A stretch of DNA of 64,000 nucleotides from Treponemataceae bacterium (GTDB lineage: Bacteria; Spirochaetota; Spirochaetia; Treponematales; Rectinemataceae). The position numbers and the translations under genes are program-made. Under the pieces are notes generated by a model. It was not told the DNA's origin, did not search any database, and worked only from the letters and a program-made list of their open reading frames with translations. How positions within the stretch are numbered: position 1 is the first letter of the stretch; each line of letters begins with the position of its first letter. Location: positions 480,001 to 544,000 of the forward strand of contig CAXXVZ010000003.1 of NCBI GenBank assembly GCA_963678065.2, given 5' to 3'. Shown piece after piece: positions 41,627 to 51,802 of the stretch.

Positions 41627-43723
41627 TCAGTCCTCTTCCTCTTCCTGAACCCTGAATGCCTGGGCGGCCTTGACGACGTCCTCGGCCACCTTGCCGGTTA
41701 TCGGCGAGTAGTGGTCAAAGTCAATCTCGAAGCTTCCGGTTCCACTCGTCATGGAGCGGAGGTCGATGGCATAGCGCAGAAGCTCCGCGTGCGGGACCTG
41801 AGCGTCGATCTCGACGATGCCACCGCCGAGCGGGTTCTGCCCGGAGATGCGTCCACGGCGGCCGGACAGGTCGGACATGACGTCTCCGAGATTCTTTTCC
41901 TCGACGAAGACCCTGAGGTTCATGATGGGCTCGAGGAGGACGGCGTTGGCGTGCCGGCATGCCTCGCGGAAGGCTCCGCGGCTCGCGATCTTGAACGCCA
42001 TCTCGGAGGAATCGACGGGGTGCTCTTTTCCATCCGTGATCGCGGTCTTGACGTCCACCACGGGATATCCTGCGACAATGCCCATCTCCATGGCCTGATG
42101 GATTCCTTTCTCGATTCCCGGTATGAATCCGCGCGAAACGGCGCCGCCGAAAACCTTGTTCTCGAACTCGTATCCCTTTCCCCGCTCGAGAGGTTCGACG
42201 TCGAAGACGACGCGCGCGTACTGGCCATGGCCTCCAGTCTGCTTCTTGTGGGTGTATTCCGCCGTAGCCTTCTTGGAGATGGTCTCGCGGTAGGCCACGC
42301 GGGGAACGCGGGTCTCGACGGCTATCTTCTGAGCGTTTTTGATCTTGTCGAGGACCATGTTGATCTGGAGTTCGCCCATGCCGGATATGACGGTTTCTTT
42401 GGTTTCCGCGTTGAAGTGAACCTGGAAGGTGAGATCTTCTTCCGATGCTTTGAGGAGCATCTCGTTGAGTTTGTCCTCTTCCTTCTTGTTGACGGCCGAT
42501 ATGGCGAGAGTGTGGACGGGAGTGGGAAGGAGGAGGTGGCTGAAAGTGAAAGTCTTGTCCATCCCCGAAATAGTGTCGTTCGTCTTGAGCGAAGCGGCCT
42601 TGGCGATGATGCCGATGTCGCCGGCGACCAGTTCCCTGGCCTCCTCGAGCTTCTTGCCCTGACAGGTGTAGACCTTGCCGAGTTTTTCTTTGCGCCCGTC
42701 GCGCGCGTTTGCGATCTCGACGTCGGCCGCGATGATTCCTGTGATGACTTTTACGTAGGAAAGGCGCCCGGAGAACTGGTCGATCTGCGTCTTGATGACC
42801 ATGGCGGAGGCGGGCTTGGCGGAATCGACGGTGAGTTCGCTCTCGGCTCCTGAGGAATCCTTGACCGTTTCGGGGCTGAGATGGGCCGGGTTCGGGGCGA
42901 CAGCGGCGATGAACTCGAGGAGGGCGGCCGTGCCGGCGTTCCTGAGACCTGAACCGGCGAAAGCCGGGATGATCCTGTTGGAAGCGAGTGCCTCCTTCAG
43001 TCCTTTCATGGTTTCTTCCTGCGTGAGTTCGCCTTCGAGCAGGTATTTTTCCATGAGTTCGTCATCGCCCTCAGCCGCAGCTTCGGAGAGCATGGCGCGG
43101 TATTCCGCCACGCTGTCAGCCAGCTCGGCGGGGATGGGCTTTGCGCTCTCTTTCTGGTCGTGGGAAGCGGGGAGGGGATAGTATTTCTGGTTGAGGATGT
43201 CGACGATGCCTTTGAGTGCCGGGCCCTCGCCATCCGGAATGGAGACGGCGACAGGAGTCACCTTGAACTTATCCTTGATGTCGGCGAGGGAATTCGCGAA
43301 AGAAGCGCGCTCCTCGTCCAGGTGAGAGATGAACATCATGCGCGGTTTCGTGCGCTTTTCCAGATTGCGCCAGAGTTTGATCGTCTCGATCTGGACGCCT
43401 GTCTTGCCGTTTACGAGGACGATGACGTTCTCGCAGGCCCTGAATGCGAGTATTACCTCGCCGATGAAGTCGCCGGATCCGGGGGTGTCGAGGAAGTTCA
43501 CCTTGACGTCCCCGACGTTCAGGTGGGAGAGTGAAGCGTGAACGGAAATTTTCCGCGAGATTTCATCCTCGCCGTAATCGCTGACGGTTTTGCCCGAATC
43601 GATCGTCTCCGGCTTGGGAATGGCACCACCCTGAAAAAGTAGGTGCTCGAGAAGTGTCGTTTTACCGGTGCCACCGTGGCCAGCTATGGCCACATTCCGG
43701 ATGAGGTCGGTCGAATTCGCCAT
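41627..43723 (-). CDS. fusA2: Elongation factor G paralog (EF-G II type)
   Basis: Five-domain EF-G layout: GHGGTGKTT, DTPG, GMGELQ, KKQTGGHGQY, VDSSEMAF, LLEPIM. Confidence 0.92.
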   Translation of the reverse strand: MANSTDLIRNVAIAGHGGTGKTTLLEHLLFQGGAIPKPETIDSGKTVSDYGEDEISRKISVHASLSHLNVGDVKVNFLDTPGSGDFIGEVILAFRACENVIVLVNGKTGVQIETIKLWRNLEKRTKPRMMFISHLDEERASFANSLADIKDKFKVTPVAVSIPDGEGPALKGIVDILNQKYYPLPASHDQKESAKPIPAELADSVAEYRAMLSEAAAEGDDELMEKYLLEGELTQEETMKGLKEALASNRIIPAFAGSGLRNAGTAALLEFIAAVAPNPAHLSPETVKDSSGAESELTVDSAKPASAMVIKTQIDQFSGRLSYVKVITGIIAADVEIANARDGRKEKLGKVYTCQGKKLEEARELVAGDIGIIAKAASLKTNDTISGMDKTFTFSHLLLPTPVHTLAISAVNKKEEDKLNEMLLKASEEDLTFQVHFNAETKETVISGMGELQINMVLDKIKNAQKIAVETRVPRVAYRETISKKATAEYTHKKQTGGHGQYARVVFDVEPLERGKGYEFENKVFGGAVSRGFIPGIEKGIHQAMEMGIVAGYPVVDVKTAITDGKEHPVDSSEMAFKIASRGAFREACRHANAVLLEPIMNLRVFVEEKNLGDVMSDLSGRRGRISGQNPLGGGIVEIDAQVPHAELLRYAIDLRSMTSGTGSFEIDFDHYSPITGKVAEDVVKAAQAFRVQEEEED

Positions 43724-43782
43724 ACGTGCTCCTTGCAGGAAAATAGGTACAGTATTCCAGTATCGCTACGGTAAACCGAAGT

Positions 43783-43810
43783 ATTATAAACTGGTCTTTC
43801 CTGATGTCAA
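43783..43810 (-). promoter_or_regulatory. Consensus sigma70 promoter of EF-G paralog
   Basis: TTGACA-16-TATAAT. Confidence 0.75.
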
Positions 43811-43921
43811 CAGACAACCTTTCCTTTCGAACCGAAATCCGGAAAGGCGAGGAGAGGGATGTGGCGGAAGGGGAAATGCAGAACGCATGCGCTTATCAGG
43901 AAACAATTACGAAAAAAGATA

Positions 43922-43995
43922 TGGGACCAGAGGGGCTCGAACCCCCGACCTGCTGCTTAGAAGGCAGCTGCTCTATCCTGTTGAGCTATGATCCC
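43922..43995 (-). tRNA. tRNA-Arg(TCT)
   Basis: GGGATCA..TGGTCCCA, anticodon arm GCTGC-CT TCT AA-GCAGC. Confidence 0.96.
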
Positions 43996-44084
43996 GTGTT
44001 CGCCGCATTTCCTGCGCCAACGAGGCAGTCTTCCGCCATGGATGCCCGGCATTGCCTGTCCCCTGCAAGCGCTGGACGAGCGCT

Positions 44085-44157
44085 TCGGGATGGGCGGATT
44101 TGAACCGCCGATCTCTTGCTCCCAAAGCAAGCGCCTTAGCCTCTAGGCTACATCCCG
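44085..44157 (-). tRNA. tRNA-Pro(TGG)
   Basis: CGGGATG..CATCCCGA, anticodon arm CTTGC-TT TGG GA-GCAAG. Confidence 0.96.
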
Positions 44158-44169
44158 CAGAATAGGATT

Positions 44170-44199
44170 AAATTATTCCGCACGAGCCTGCCGTGTCAA
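44170..44199 (-). promoter_or_regulatory. Promoter of tRNA-Pro/tRNA-Arg
   Basis: TTGACA-18-TAATTT. Confidence 0.7.
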
Positions 44200-44483
44200 G
44201 CGCGGCAGCCGCGCACAGAGCGTGGGCCACAGGCACGGGCCCTGCCAGGGGCTTTGAAAGAAATGCGGAATCTCTATGTTTTCTCTCGTTGACTGAGCGC
44301 GTAAATGGATATATAAATGCAATGCTGCATAAGCATTCTGCAGAGTCCGGAGCCCATTGGGGAATCCTGGAAGCAAATAAAGCAAGCATAATCTCCCAGT
44401 GTCGCCGATACTTTGTACTTGAGTTTCAGTCAAAGCGGCGGACAGGAAAGTGACGTCAATTACGGTTGTATCGAGAGGACGCA

Positions 44484-45098
44484 ATGGACATTCAGCTCCA
44501 GGAATTGCTCGACAAGATCAAGACTGAAGGTGTCGAGACTGCTCGCAGCCAGGCCGCGAAGATCGTGGCAGAGGCCGAAGCCAGGGCCAGAGCCATTCTG
44601 GCCGACGCGGACAAGGAAGCAAAATCGATCCGTGAATCCGCCCGGACGGATGCGGCGCGGAACGTCGAGGCCGGCAACGCGGCCCTCGCCCAGTCGGCAC
44701 GGGATCTCATCCTTTCCTTTAAAGACAGGATTTCCGAAATGCTCGACGCGGCGGTCCTGACGTATGCCTCCGCCTCCATGACACAGCCACTCCTCGAGGA
44801 AATTCTTCCGGAGGTCCTCAAGAAGTCCTTCGCTTCCGGGTCCGGCGATGTCTCGGTCCTTCTCGCTCCCGAAATTCTCGAACGCCTGGACCGAGGCTTC
44901 GCCGGCAGGCTGGCCGCAGAACTGAAGCGTGGCGTCGAGATCAAGCCGCTGGCAGGAGTTCCTGTCGGATTCCGCATCGCCGAGAAGGACGGTTTTGTCC
45001 ACTACGACTACTCCGCCGAAGCTGTCGCCGGGCTTTTGGCCAGGCGGCTCAACGCCCGTCTCTCCGAAATCGTACGGAGCGCGGTGAAGAAGGGATGA
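44484..45098 (+). CDS. ntpE: V/A-type ATP synthase subunit E
   Basis: MDIQLQELLDKIK.EGV, long helical stalk, GFRI; first gene of operon. Confidence 0.88.
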   Translation: MDIQLQELLDKIKTEGVETARSQAAKIVAEAEARARAILADADKEAKSIRESARTDAARNVEAGNAALAQSARDLILSFKDRISEMLDAAVLTYASASMTQPLLEEILPEVLKKSFASGSGDVSVLLAPEILERLDRGFAGRLAAELKRGVEIKPLAGVPVGFRIAEKDGFVHYDYSAEAVAGLLARRLNARLSEIVRSAVKKG

Positions 45099-45102
45099 GG
45101 CC

Positions 45103-45675
45103 GTGAGCCGCTATTACTATTTCGCGGCTACGCTGCCCAGCCTCGCGTTCGGCGCTCCCTCCCCCATGACGAGCGCGGAATTTCTCGAGCGTTGTCGGGT
45201 TCACCTCGCGCAGGATGATTGTGCCGTCGTCGCCGCAGCCGTTCTGTCCTCGGAGGCTGGATCTCCTCCTAAGGCCTCGACCACGTCGGGCTTCCTTTCA
45301 GCGTACTATGCGTGGGAGAGGTCTCTGCGCAACGCTCTCGTTCTTCTCCGTTCGCACCGGCTCGGCAAGTCGGGAGAACGATGGCAGAGGTCCTCGAAAC
45401 GGAGCGACGACGCCGTACGCGCCGCTGCCTTCGTCTTCCAGGCTGCGACTCCTCTCGAAGGAGAGATCGCCCTTGAACGCGAGCGCTGGACCTTCATCGA
45501 TGGCGCCTGCGCACGCTCCGTCTTCGAACTCGACTCCCTCATCGCCTATGCACTCAGGATACAGATACTCGAACGCCTCTCCGGCCTCGTACCCGAAAAA
45601 GGGGAAGCCGGATACAAAGAAGCCTGCGCCGCTATTCTCGGCGGGGCCGAAACCAGCGACTCACGCGGAGTTTGA
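45103..45675 (+). CDS. V-type ATPase subunit C-like (DUF2764-type)
   Basis: YYYF.ATLP.L, WERSLRNAL, F..D.L.AY.L; lies between E and A. Confidence 0.75.
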   Translation: MSRYYYFAATLPSLAFGAPSPMTSAEFLERCRVHLAQDDCAVVAAAVLSSEAGSPPKASTTSGFLSAYYAWERSLRNALVLLRSHRLGKSGERWQRSSKRSDDAVRAAAFVFQAATPLEGEIALERERWTFIDGACARSVFELDSLIAYALRIQILERLSGLVPEKGEAGYKEACAAILGGAETSDSRGV

Positions 45676-45677
45676 TG

Positions 45678-47447
45678 ATGAGCACTACTACAGGTAAAGT
45701 GACCGGCGTCAACGGCAACATGGTCACGGTCCGCGCCGAGGGTGCGGTTTCCATGAACGAGGTCGCCTACATCCACAAGGGCGAAAAAAAGCTGAAGAGC
45801 GAAGTCATCCGCATCCGCGGCGATCTCGTCCAGGTGCAGGTTTTCGAGATCACCAAGGGCATCGTCGTGGGCGACAGGGTCGACTTCACGGGCGAACTCC
45901 TCTCCGTCGAACTCGGACCGGGGCTCCTCGGACAGATCTACGACGGTCTGCAGAATCCGCTTCCCCTCATCGCGCTCGAGACGGGCAACTTCCTCGAGCC
46001 GGGCGTGTACCGGAGCGCCCTGTCGCGCGAGGCGAAGTGGAACTTCACCCCCGCGGTGAAGGCTGGAGAACTTGTCACGGCGGGCGACACCCTCGGGACA
46101 GTTCCCGAAGGTTCATTCACGCACAGAATCATGGTTCCTTTTACATATAAAGGAAACTGGACAGTCAAGACCCTCGTCCCCGCGGGCTCCTACACCCTCG
46201 CGTCGACGATCGCGACCCTCGTCGACGCAAAGGGCCGTGCCGCGGATGTGAGCATGGTCTTCACATGGCCCGTCAAGCGCGCGGTCGACTGCTACGAGGA
46301 ACGGCTCAAGCCCGTCGAACCGATGGTGACCCGCACGCGGATCATCGATACATTCTTCCCTGTCGCCCGAGGCGGCACCTACTGCATCCCCGGCCCCTTC
46401 GGTGCAGGCAAGACAGTCCTCCAGCAGGTCACGAGCCGCAACGCCGACGTCGATATCGTCATCATCGCCGCCTGCGGCGAGCGTGCGGGCGAGGTAGTCG
46501 AAACCCTGAAGGAATTCCCCGAACTCACAGACCCGCGGACGGGCCGCTCCCTCATGGAGCGCACCATCATCATCTGCAACACCTCGTCGATGCCCGTTGC
46601 GAGCCGCGAAGCCTCCGTATACACGGCTGTCACCCTCGCGGAGTACTACCGTCAGATGGGGCTCAACGTTCTCCTCCTCGCGGACTCCACCAGCCGCTGG
46701 GCCCAGGCCATGCGCGAGATGTCCGGCCGCCTGGAAGAGATCCCCGGCGAGGAGGCATTCCCCGCCTACCTCGAGTCCGTCATAGCCGGTTTCTACGAGC
46801 GGGCGGGCATCGTCCGCCTCAAGGATGGATCAACAGGATCTGTCACGATCGGCGGCACGGTTTCACCCGCGGGCGGAAACTTCGAGGAGCCCGTCACTCA
46901 GGCGACACTCAAAGTCGTCGGCTCCTTCCACGGCCTCTCCCGCGAGCGTTCGGACGCCCGCAAGTATCCAGCCATCCATCCCCTCGATTCCTGGTCAAAG
47001 TACCGGGGAATCATGCCGGTGGCGGCTGTCGGCTACGCCCATGAGATCCTCGAGCGCAGCGCCGAGGTTGGCCAGATGATGAAGGTCGTCGGCGAGGAGG
47101 GAACCTCCCTGGACGATTACATCGTCTACCAGAAGGGCGAGCTGCTCGACGCCGCCTACCTGCAGCAGAATTCCTTCGACCCCGTGGATTCCTCCGTCAG
47201 CCCCGAGCGCCAGAAGTTCACCTTCCGCTTCATCATCGAGGTTCTCGCAGCCGAGATCTCGGCCAAGGATAAGGAAGACGCGCGCGTCTGGTTCAACGGC
47301 CTCCGCCAGAAATTCCTCGACCTCAACGGCACGGAATGGCGTTCGGAGCGCTTCGAAACCCTGAGAGACGATCTCGCCGCGCTGATCTCGGCCAGGCGGA
47401 AATCCACCGATGCCCGCGGCACGCGCTGCATAGAGGCCCTGGAGTAA
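45678..47447 (+). CDS. ntpA: V/A-type ATP synthase subunit A
   Basis: VELGPGLLG, GPFGAGKTV, CGERAGE, NTSSMPVA.REAS, DSTSRWA. Confidence 0.97.
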   Translation: MSTTTGKVTGVNGNMVTVRAEGAVSMNEVAYIHKGEKKLKSEVIRIRGDLVQVQVFEITKGIVVGDRVDFTGELLSVELGPGLLGQIYDGLQNPLPLIALETGNFLEPGVYRSALSREAKWNFTPAVKAGELVTAGDTLGTVPEGSFTHRIMVPFTYKGNWTVKTLVPAGSYTLASTIATLVDAKGRAADVSMVFTWPVKRAVDCYEERLKPVEPMVTRTRIIDTFFPVARGGTYCIPGPFGAGKTVLQQVTSRNADVDIVIIAACGERAGEVVETLKEFPELTDPRTGRSLMERTIIICNTSSMPVASREASVYTAVTLAEYYRQMGLNVLLLADSTSRWAQAMREMSGRLEEIPGEEAFPAYLESVIAGFYERAGIVRLKDGSTGSVTIGGTVSPAGGNFEEPVTQATLKVVGSFHGLSRERSDARKYPAIHPLDSWSKYRGIMPVAAVGYAHEILERSAEVGQMMKVVGEEGTSLDDYIVYQKGELLDAAYLQQNSFDPVDSSVSPERQKFTFRFIIEVLAAEISAKDKEDARVWFNGLRQKFLDLNGTEWRSERFETLRDDLAALISARRKSTDARGTRCIEALE

Positions 47448-47450
47448 GTC

Positions 47451-48752
47451 ATGAACAAAGTATACTCACGCATCGAATCGATCACGGGCAACGTCATCGT
47501 CGTCAAGGCGGCCGATGTCGCCTACGGCGAACTCGCCACGGTCACGACCCGCTACGGCGTCTCCCTCGCCGAAGTCATCCGCCTCGACAACGACCTCGTT
47601 TCCCTCCAGGTTTTCGCCGGCGGACGGGGCATCTCCACGGGCGACGAAGTCCGCTTCCTCGGCCATCCGATGCAGGTCAGCTTCTCCGACGATCTCATGG
47701 GCCGCATCTTCGACGGAGCAGGCGAGCCCCGCGACTCCGGCCCTGTCCTCAGCGAGAACCTCATCACCATCGGCGGCCCCTCGGTCAACCCCGTCAACCG
47801 CATCATTCCCCGCGAGATGATACGCACCGGCATCCCGATGATCGACCTCTTCAACACCCTCGTGAAGAGCCAGAAGCTGCCGATCTTCTCGGTCTCCGGC
47901 GAACCGTACAACCAGCTCCTCGCGCGCATCGCCATGCAGGCCGAGGTCGACCTCATCATCCTCGGCGGCATGGGACTCAAATACGACGACTACCTCTTCT
48001 TCCGCGACGCGCTGGAGGAGGGAGGCTCCCTCGCCAACACGATCATGTTCGTCCACACGGCGGCCGACCCCGTCGTCGAGTGCCTCATGGTTCCGGACAT
48101 CTCCCTCGCGGTCGCCGAGCGCTTCGCCCTCAAGGGCAAGAACGTCCTCGTCCTCCTCACGGACATGACGAACTTCGCGGACGCCATGAAAGAGATCGCC
48201 ATCACCCAGGAGCAGGTTCCCTCCAACCGCGGCTACCCTGGCGATCTCTACTCCCAGCTCGCCGCGCGGTATGAAAAGGCCGTCGACTTCTCCGATGCCG
48301 GCTCCATCACGATTCTCGCTGTCACGACCATGCCCGGCGACGACGTCACCCATCCTGTTCCGGACAACACGGGATACATCACGGAAGGCCAGTTCTATCT
48401 CCGCGGCGGCCGCATCGAGCCCTTCGGCTCCCTGTCCCGGCTCAAACAGATGGTCAACGGCAAAACCCGCGTCGACCACCGCGCCATCATGGACGGCATG
48501 ATCAAGCTCTACGCCGCCTACAAGGACACACTCGAGAAAAAATCCATGGGCTTCCACATGACCGAGTGGGATTCCAAGCTCCTGCGCTACGGCCAGGCAT
48601 TCGAGCGCGAGATGATGGACCTCTCGGTGAACATCTCCCTCGAGGAATCCCTCGACAAGGGATGGGAAATCCTTGCCTCCTGCTTCGAACCTCAGGAAAC
48701 CGGCCTGCGCTCGGAGCTCCTCGACAAGTTCTGGCCCGGGAAAAAGGCCTAA
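47451..48752 (+). CDS. ntpB: V/A-type ATP synthase subunit B
   Basis: [43 protein letters not shown]. Confidence 0.97.
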   Translation: MNKVYSRIESITGNVIVVKAADVAYGELATVTTRYGVSLAEVIRLDNDLVSLQVFAGGRGISTGDEVRFLGHPMQVSFSDDLMGRIFDGAGEPRDSGPVLSENLITIGGPSVNPVNRIIPREMIRTGIPMIDLFNTLVKSQKLPIFSVSGEPYNQLLARIAMQAEVDLIILGGMGLKYDDYLFFRDALEEGGSLANTIMFVHTAADPVVECLMVPDISLAVAERFALKGKNVLVLLTDMTNFADAMKEIAITQEQVPSNRGYPGDLYSQLAARYEKAVDFSDAGSITILAVTTMPGDDVTHPVPDNTGYITEGQFYLRGGRIEPFGSLSRLKQMVNGKTRVDHRAIMDGMIKLYAAYKDTLEKKSMGFHMTEWDSKLLRYGQAFEREMMDLSVNISLEESLDKGWEILASCFEPQETGLRSELLDKFWPGKKA

Positions 48753-48773
48753 GGGTCGCGGGAAAAAGCCGAT

Positions 48774-49388
48774 ATGGCAAAGATCAAGCTGACCAAGAAC
48801 GAACTCAAGAAGCAGAAAGACGCCCTGAAGATGTTCAGGCGATATCTGCCCACCCTCGTTCTCAAGAAACAGCAGCTGCAGATGGAGATCCGGGGGATAG
48901 AGTCCCGCCGCGCCTTCCTGCGCACGCGCCGCGATTCTCTGGACCGCGAATTCCGGTCCTGGATCGGCGTCTTCGGGGAAGCAAGGGCCGCCTACGGCGA
49001 TGATGGATTGCCCCTCATGCGCATAACCGCCGTGCGGACTTCGTCGGGCAACATCGCCGGTGTGGACATACCCGTCTTCGAGGGCGCCGATTTCGAGTTC
49101 GCGGATTACGACCTCTTCACGACGCCGCTGTGGGTGGACACGGCCCTCGACAGACTCAAGCAGGCCCTTCTGGTCGATCTCGAGATACGCGTCCTCGATG
49201 TCCAGATCCAGAGGCTCGCCTCCGAACTGAGAACCACCACCCAGCGCGTCAATCTTTTCGAGAAGGTAAAGATCCCCGAGACCCAGGACAACATCAAGCG
49301 GATCCGCATCTATCTGGGCGACCAGCAGACGGCTCAGGTCGTTCGCGGAAAGATTGCCAAGCGCAAAGTCGAAAGGACGGTCTCATGA
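48774..49388 (+). CDS. ntpD: V/A-type ATP synthase subunit D
   Basis: TKNEL, L.LKKQQL, TTQRVNLFEKVKIP. Confidence 0.95.
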   Translation: MAKIKLTKNELKKQKDALKMFRRYLPTLVLKKQQLQMEIRGIESRRAFLRTRRDSLDREFRSWIGVFGEARAAYGDDGLPLMRITAVRTSSGNIAGVDIPVFEGADFEFADYDLFTTPLWVDTALDRLKQALLVDLEIRVLDVQIQRLASELRTTTQRVNLFEKVKIPETQDNIKRIRIYLGDQQTAQVVRGKIAKRKVERTVS

Positions 49389-51259
49389 TCGCGCCCATGA
49401 AAAAGGTCTGGCTCGTCGTGCTCGACCGAGAACGGAGAACGGCCCTTGCCGCATTGCGCTCCCTGGGCGTCATGCACGTCGAGAGCCTTGCAGGCAAGGG
49501 CGTGGAGTGCGACAGCCTCGCACGCCAGCTTGCGAACGCAGAGAAGGCCGTGGGCATCCTGTCCACCGTCAAGACCGATGCGAGGGGCAAGCGAAAGGAC
49601 AGAAACCGGGGCAAGGCAGCCATTCAGGGCGCTATCGAGGCCTCAGAACGGATACGACAGCTTCACGAGGAATCAGCCGCTTTCGTGAGGGAATATGAAC
49701 GTATACGCGACTGGGGGGATTTCGACCCGGAAAGTTTCAGAGATCTCGCCGCAGCAGGATTCGAAATGAAAATTTTCGAGTGTCCTGTCCAGAGATTCAT
49801 GACTCTGACTGGGGAGCTTCCGGTGATACGGCTCGCGGCGCCAAAGGGAAGAGCCCGTTTTGTCCTCCTGCGCTCCACTCTGTTGGGAAGCGCCATACAG
49901 GCTGATTTTCCTGAATTGCCCTCCGATTTTGAAGAGTTCGACATTCCCGTACAGAGAGCTTCCGAGATTGAAAGCCGTATAAAGTCGCTGAAAGACAGCA
50001 TTGCCGATGAGGGTAGATCTCTCGGGGCCTTCGCCCGGGACCTTTCCTGCGCTGAATACGAAAAATCCTGCATTGTCTCCGAGCTTCGCTTCGAAACCCT
50101 CCGTTCCGGCATGGAATCCGCGGGCGACGTTGCTTATCTGGGCGGTTTTGTGCCTGCCTCGCGATTGGCCGAACTCGCGGCGGAAGCTCAAAAACATGGG
50201 TGGGGCCTCGCCTCCGACGAGCCTTCTCCCGACGAACTTCCGCCAACGAAGGTGGAGAATTCTCCCTTCGTCCGGATAATCGACCCTGTCTTCGAATTTC
50301 TCGGCACCGTGCCTAATTACCGCGAATATGACATATCTGCGTGGTTCCTCGGGTTTTTCTGTATTTATTTCGCCATGATTTTCGGTGATGGCGGATATGG
50401 CCTCATCCTCCTCGGAGCCGCCGTGTATTCCATCTTCCGTGCCAAGGCGAACGGAGGAGCCATTCCTGACGCGGTCAAGCTTCTCCTGCTTCTTGCGCTG
50501 ACGACGCTGGTCTGGGGAACTGCCACGGCGACATGGTTCGCCATTCCTGTGGACAGACTGCCCGGATTCCTGTTCGCGGTCGCCATCGAGCCCATACGGA
50601 ACGGCAATCCTGCCGCCGATACCAACATCAAGATCTTTTGCTTCATTCTCGGCGCGATACAGCTCTCCGTGGCACACATCAAGAACATAAAGCGGGATTT
50701 TCCGAACCTGAAGTTCCTCGCACAGGTGGGATCGCTGGCCATGGTCATCGGAATGTTCACCACAGTCCTCAACCTCGTCATCGATCCTGTCCGATTTCCG
50801 ATACCGATGTGGGCGGTGTGCCTGATCGCCGGTGGGTTTGTCCTCGTCTTCGTGTTCGGCAACTGGGAGGGAAATCTGCTGCAGAGCCTTGCGGCCGGCC
50901 TCAAAGGCATCATTCCGACCTTCCTCGGAACCGTCAGCGTTTTCGCGGACATCGTTTCCTACATCCGGCTTTGGGCTGTAGGCTTGGCCGGCCTCGCGAT
51001 TTCCCAGACAGTCAACGGCATGGCAACCGGCATGTTCGGCGATCCCGCTGGCCAGATCATAGCCTTCGCCTTGGGGGCTGTGATGGGAATCATTCTTCTC
51101 GCCGTCGGCCACGCGCTCAACTTGGTTATGAGCGTACTATCGGTTGTCGTCCACGGCATTCGGCTCAACATGCTCGAATTCTCCGGCCATCTCGGCATGG
51201 AGTGGTCGGGCTACAAATACGATCCTCTGCGGAAAACCGTGGACGGCTCGGACGAGTAA
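49385..51259 (+). CDS. ntpI: V/A-type ATP synthase subunit I (a)
   Basis: MIAPMKK, P.Y.E.D, FGDGGYG, D.VSYIRL.A.GLA, VHGIRLN.LEF. Confidence 0.95.
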   Translation: MIAPMKKVWLVVLDRERRTALAALRSLGVMHVESLAGKGVECDSLARQLANAEKAVGILSTVKTDARGKRKDRNRGKAAIQGAIEASERIRQLHEESAAFVREYERIRDWGDFDPESFRDLAAAGFEMKIFECPVQRFMTLTGELPVIRLAAPKGRARFVLLRSTLLGSAIQADFPELPSDFEEFDIPVQRASEIESRIKSLKDSIADEGRSLGAFARDLSCAEYEKSCIVSELRFETLRSGMESAGDVAYLGGFVPASRLAELAAEAQKHGWGLASDEPSPDELPPTKVENSPFVRIIDPVFEFLGTVPNYREYDISAWFLGFFCIYFAMIFGDGGYGLILLGAAVYSIFRAKANGGAIPDAVKLLLLLALTTLVWGTATATWFAIPVDRLPGFLFAVAIEPIRNGNPAADTNIKIFCFILGAIQLSVAHIKNIKRDFPNLKFLAQVGSLAMVIGMFTTVLNLVIDPVRFPIPMWAVCLIAGGFVLVFVFGNWEGNLLQSLAAGLKGIIPTFLGTVSVFADIVSYIRLWAVGLAGLAISQTVNGMATGMFGDPAGQIIAFALGAVMGIILLAVGHALNLVMSVLSVVVHGIRLNMLEFSGHLGMEWSGYKYDPLRKTVDGSDE

Positions 51260-51274
51260 ATACAAGGAGAGATC

Positions 51275-51697
51275 ATGAACATCGCAATGATCGGCGCGGC
51301 ATGTGTCCTGGGATTTTCGGCTATCGGTTCATCCGTCGGTGCAGGTATCGCCGGCCAGGCCGCCATCGGTTCGTGGAAGCGGAGCTACATGGGCAACAAG
51401 CCCGGTTCCTTCCTGCTTGTCGCCTTCGCGGGAGCCCCGCTTACGCAGACTATCTACGGCTTTATCCTGATGGGAAGAATGCTCCAGTCCACTAAAGATC
51501 CCTTCCTTGTCCTGGCGGCGGGTATCATCTCCGGAATCGCCATGGGCATGTCCGCCATTGCCCAGGGGCAATGCTCTGCGGCAGGTTGCGACGCTTACGG
51601 GGAGACAGGAAAGGGCTTCGCAAACTACATCATCGTCGTCGGCTTGTGCGAAACTGTCGCCCTCTTCGTTATGGCTTTCACTTTCGGCGCGGTCTGA
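51275..51697 (+). CDS. ntpK: V/A-type ATP synthase subunit K (4-TM proteolipid)
   Basis: SAIGS..G, PLTQTIYG, IAQG, CETVALF. Confidence 0.95.
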   Translation: MNIAMIGAACVLGFSAIGSSVGAGIAGQAAIGSWKRSYMGNKPGSFLLVAFAGAPLTQTIYGFILMGRMLQSTKDPFLVLAAGIISGIAMGMSAIAQGQCSAAGCDAYGETGKGFANYIIVVGLCETVALFVMAFTFGAV

Positions 51698-51774
51698 CCG
51701 CTACAGAATTCCTGCTCAACGTGAATCAATTTCGATAAACGTGAGCCGAGCCTGGCGTCCTTCGTACGGGGACG

Positions 51775-51802
51775 AAGCCCGTCCTTTGGGACGGGCTTTT
51801 TT
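51775..51802 (+). terminator. Rho-independent terminator after V-ATPase operon
   Basis: AAGCCCGTCC-tttg-GGACGGGC followed by T6. Confidence 0.85.
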
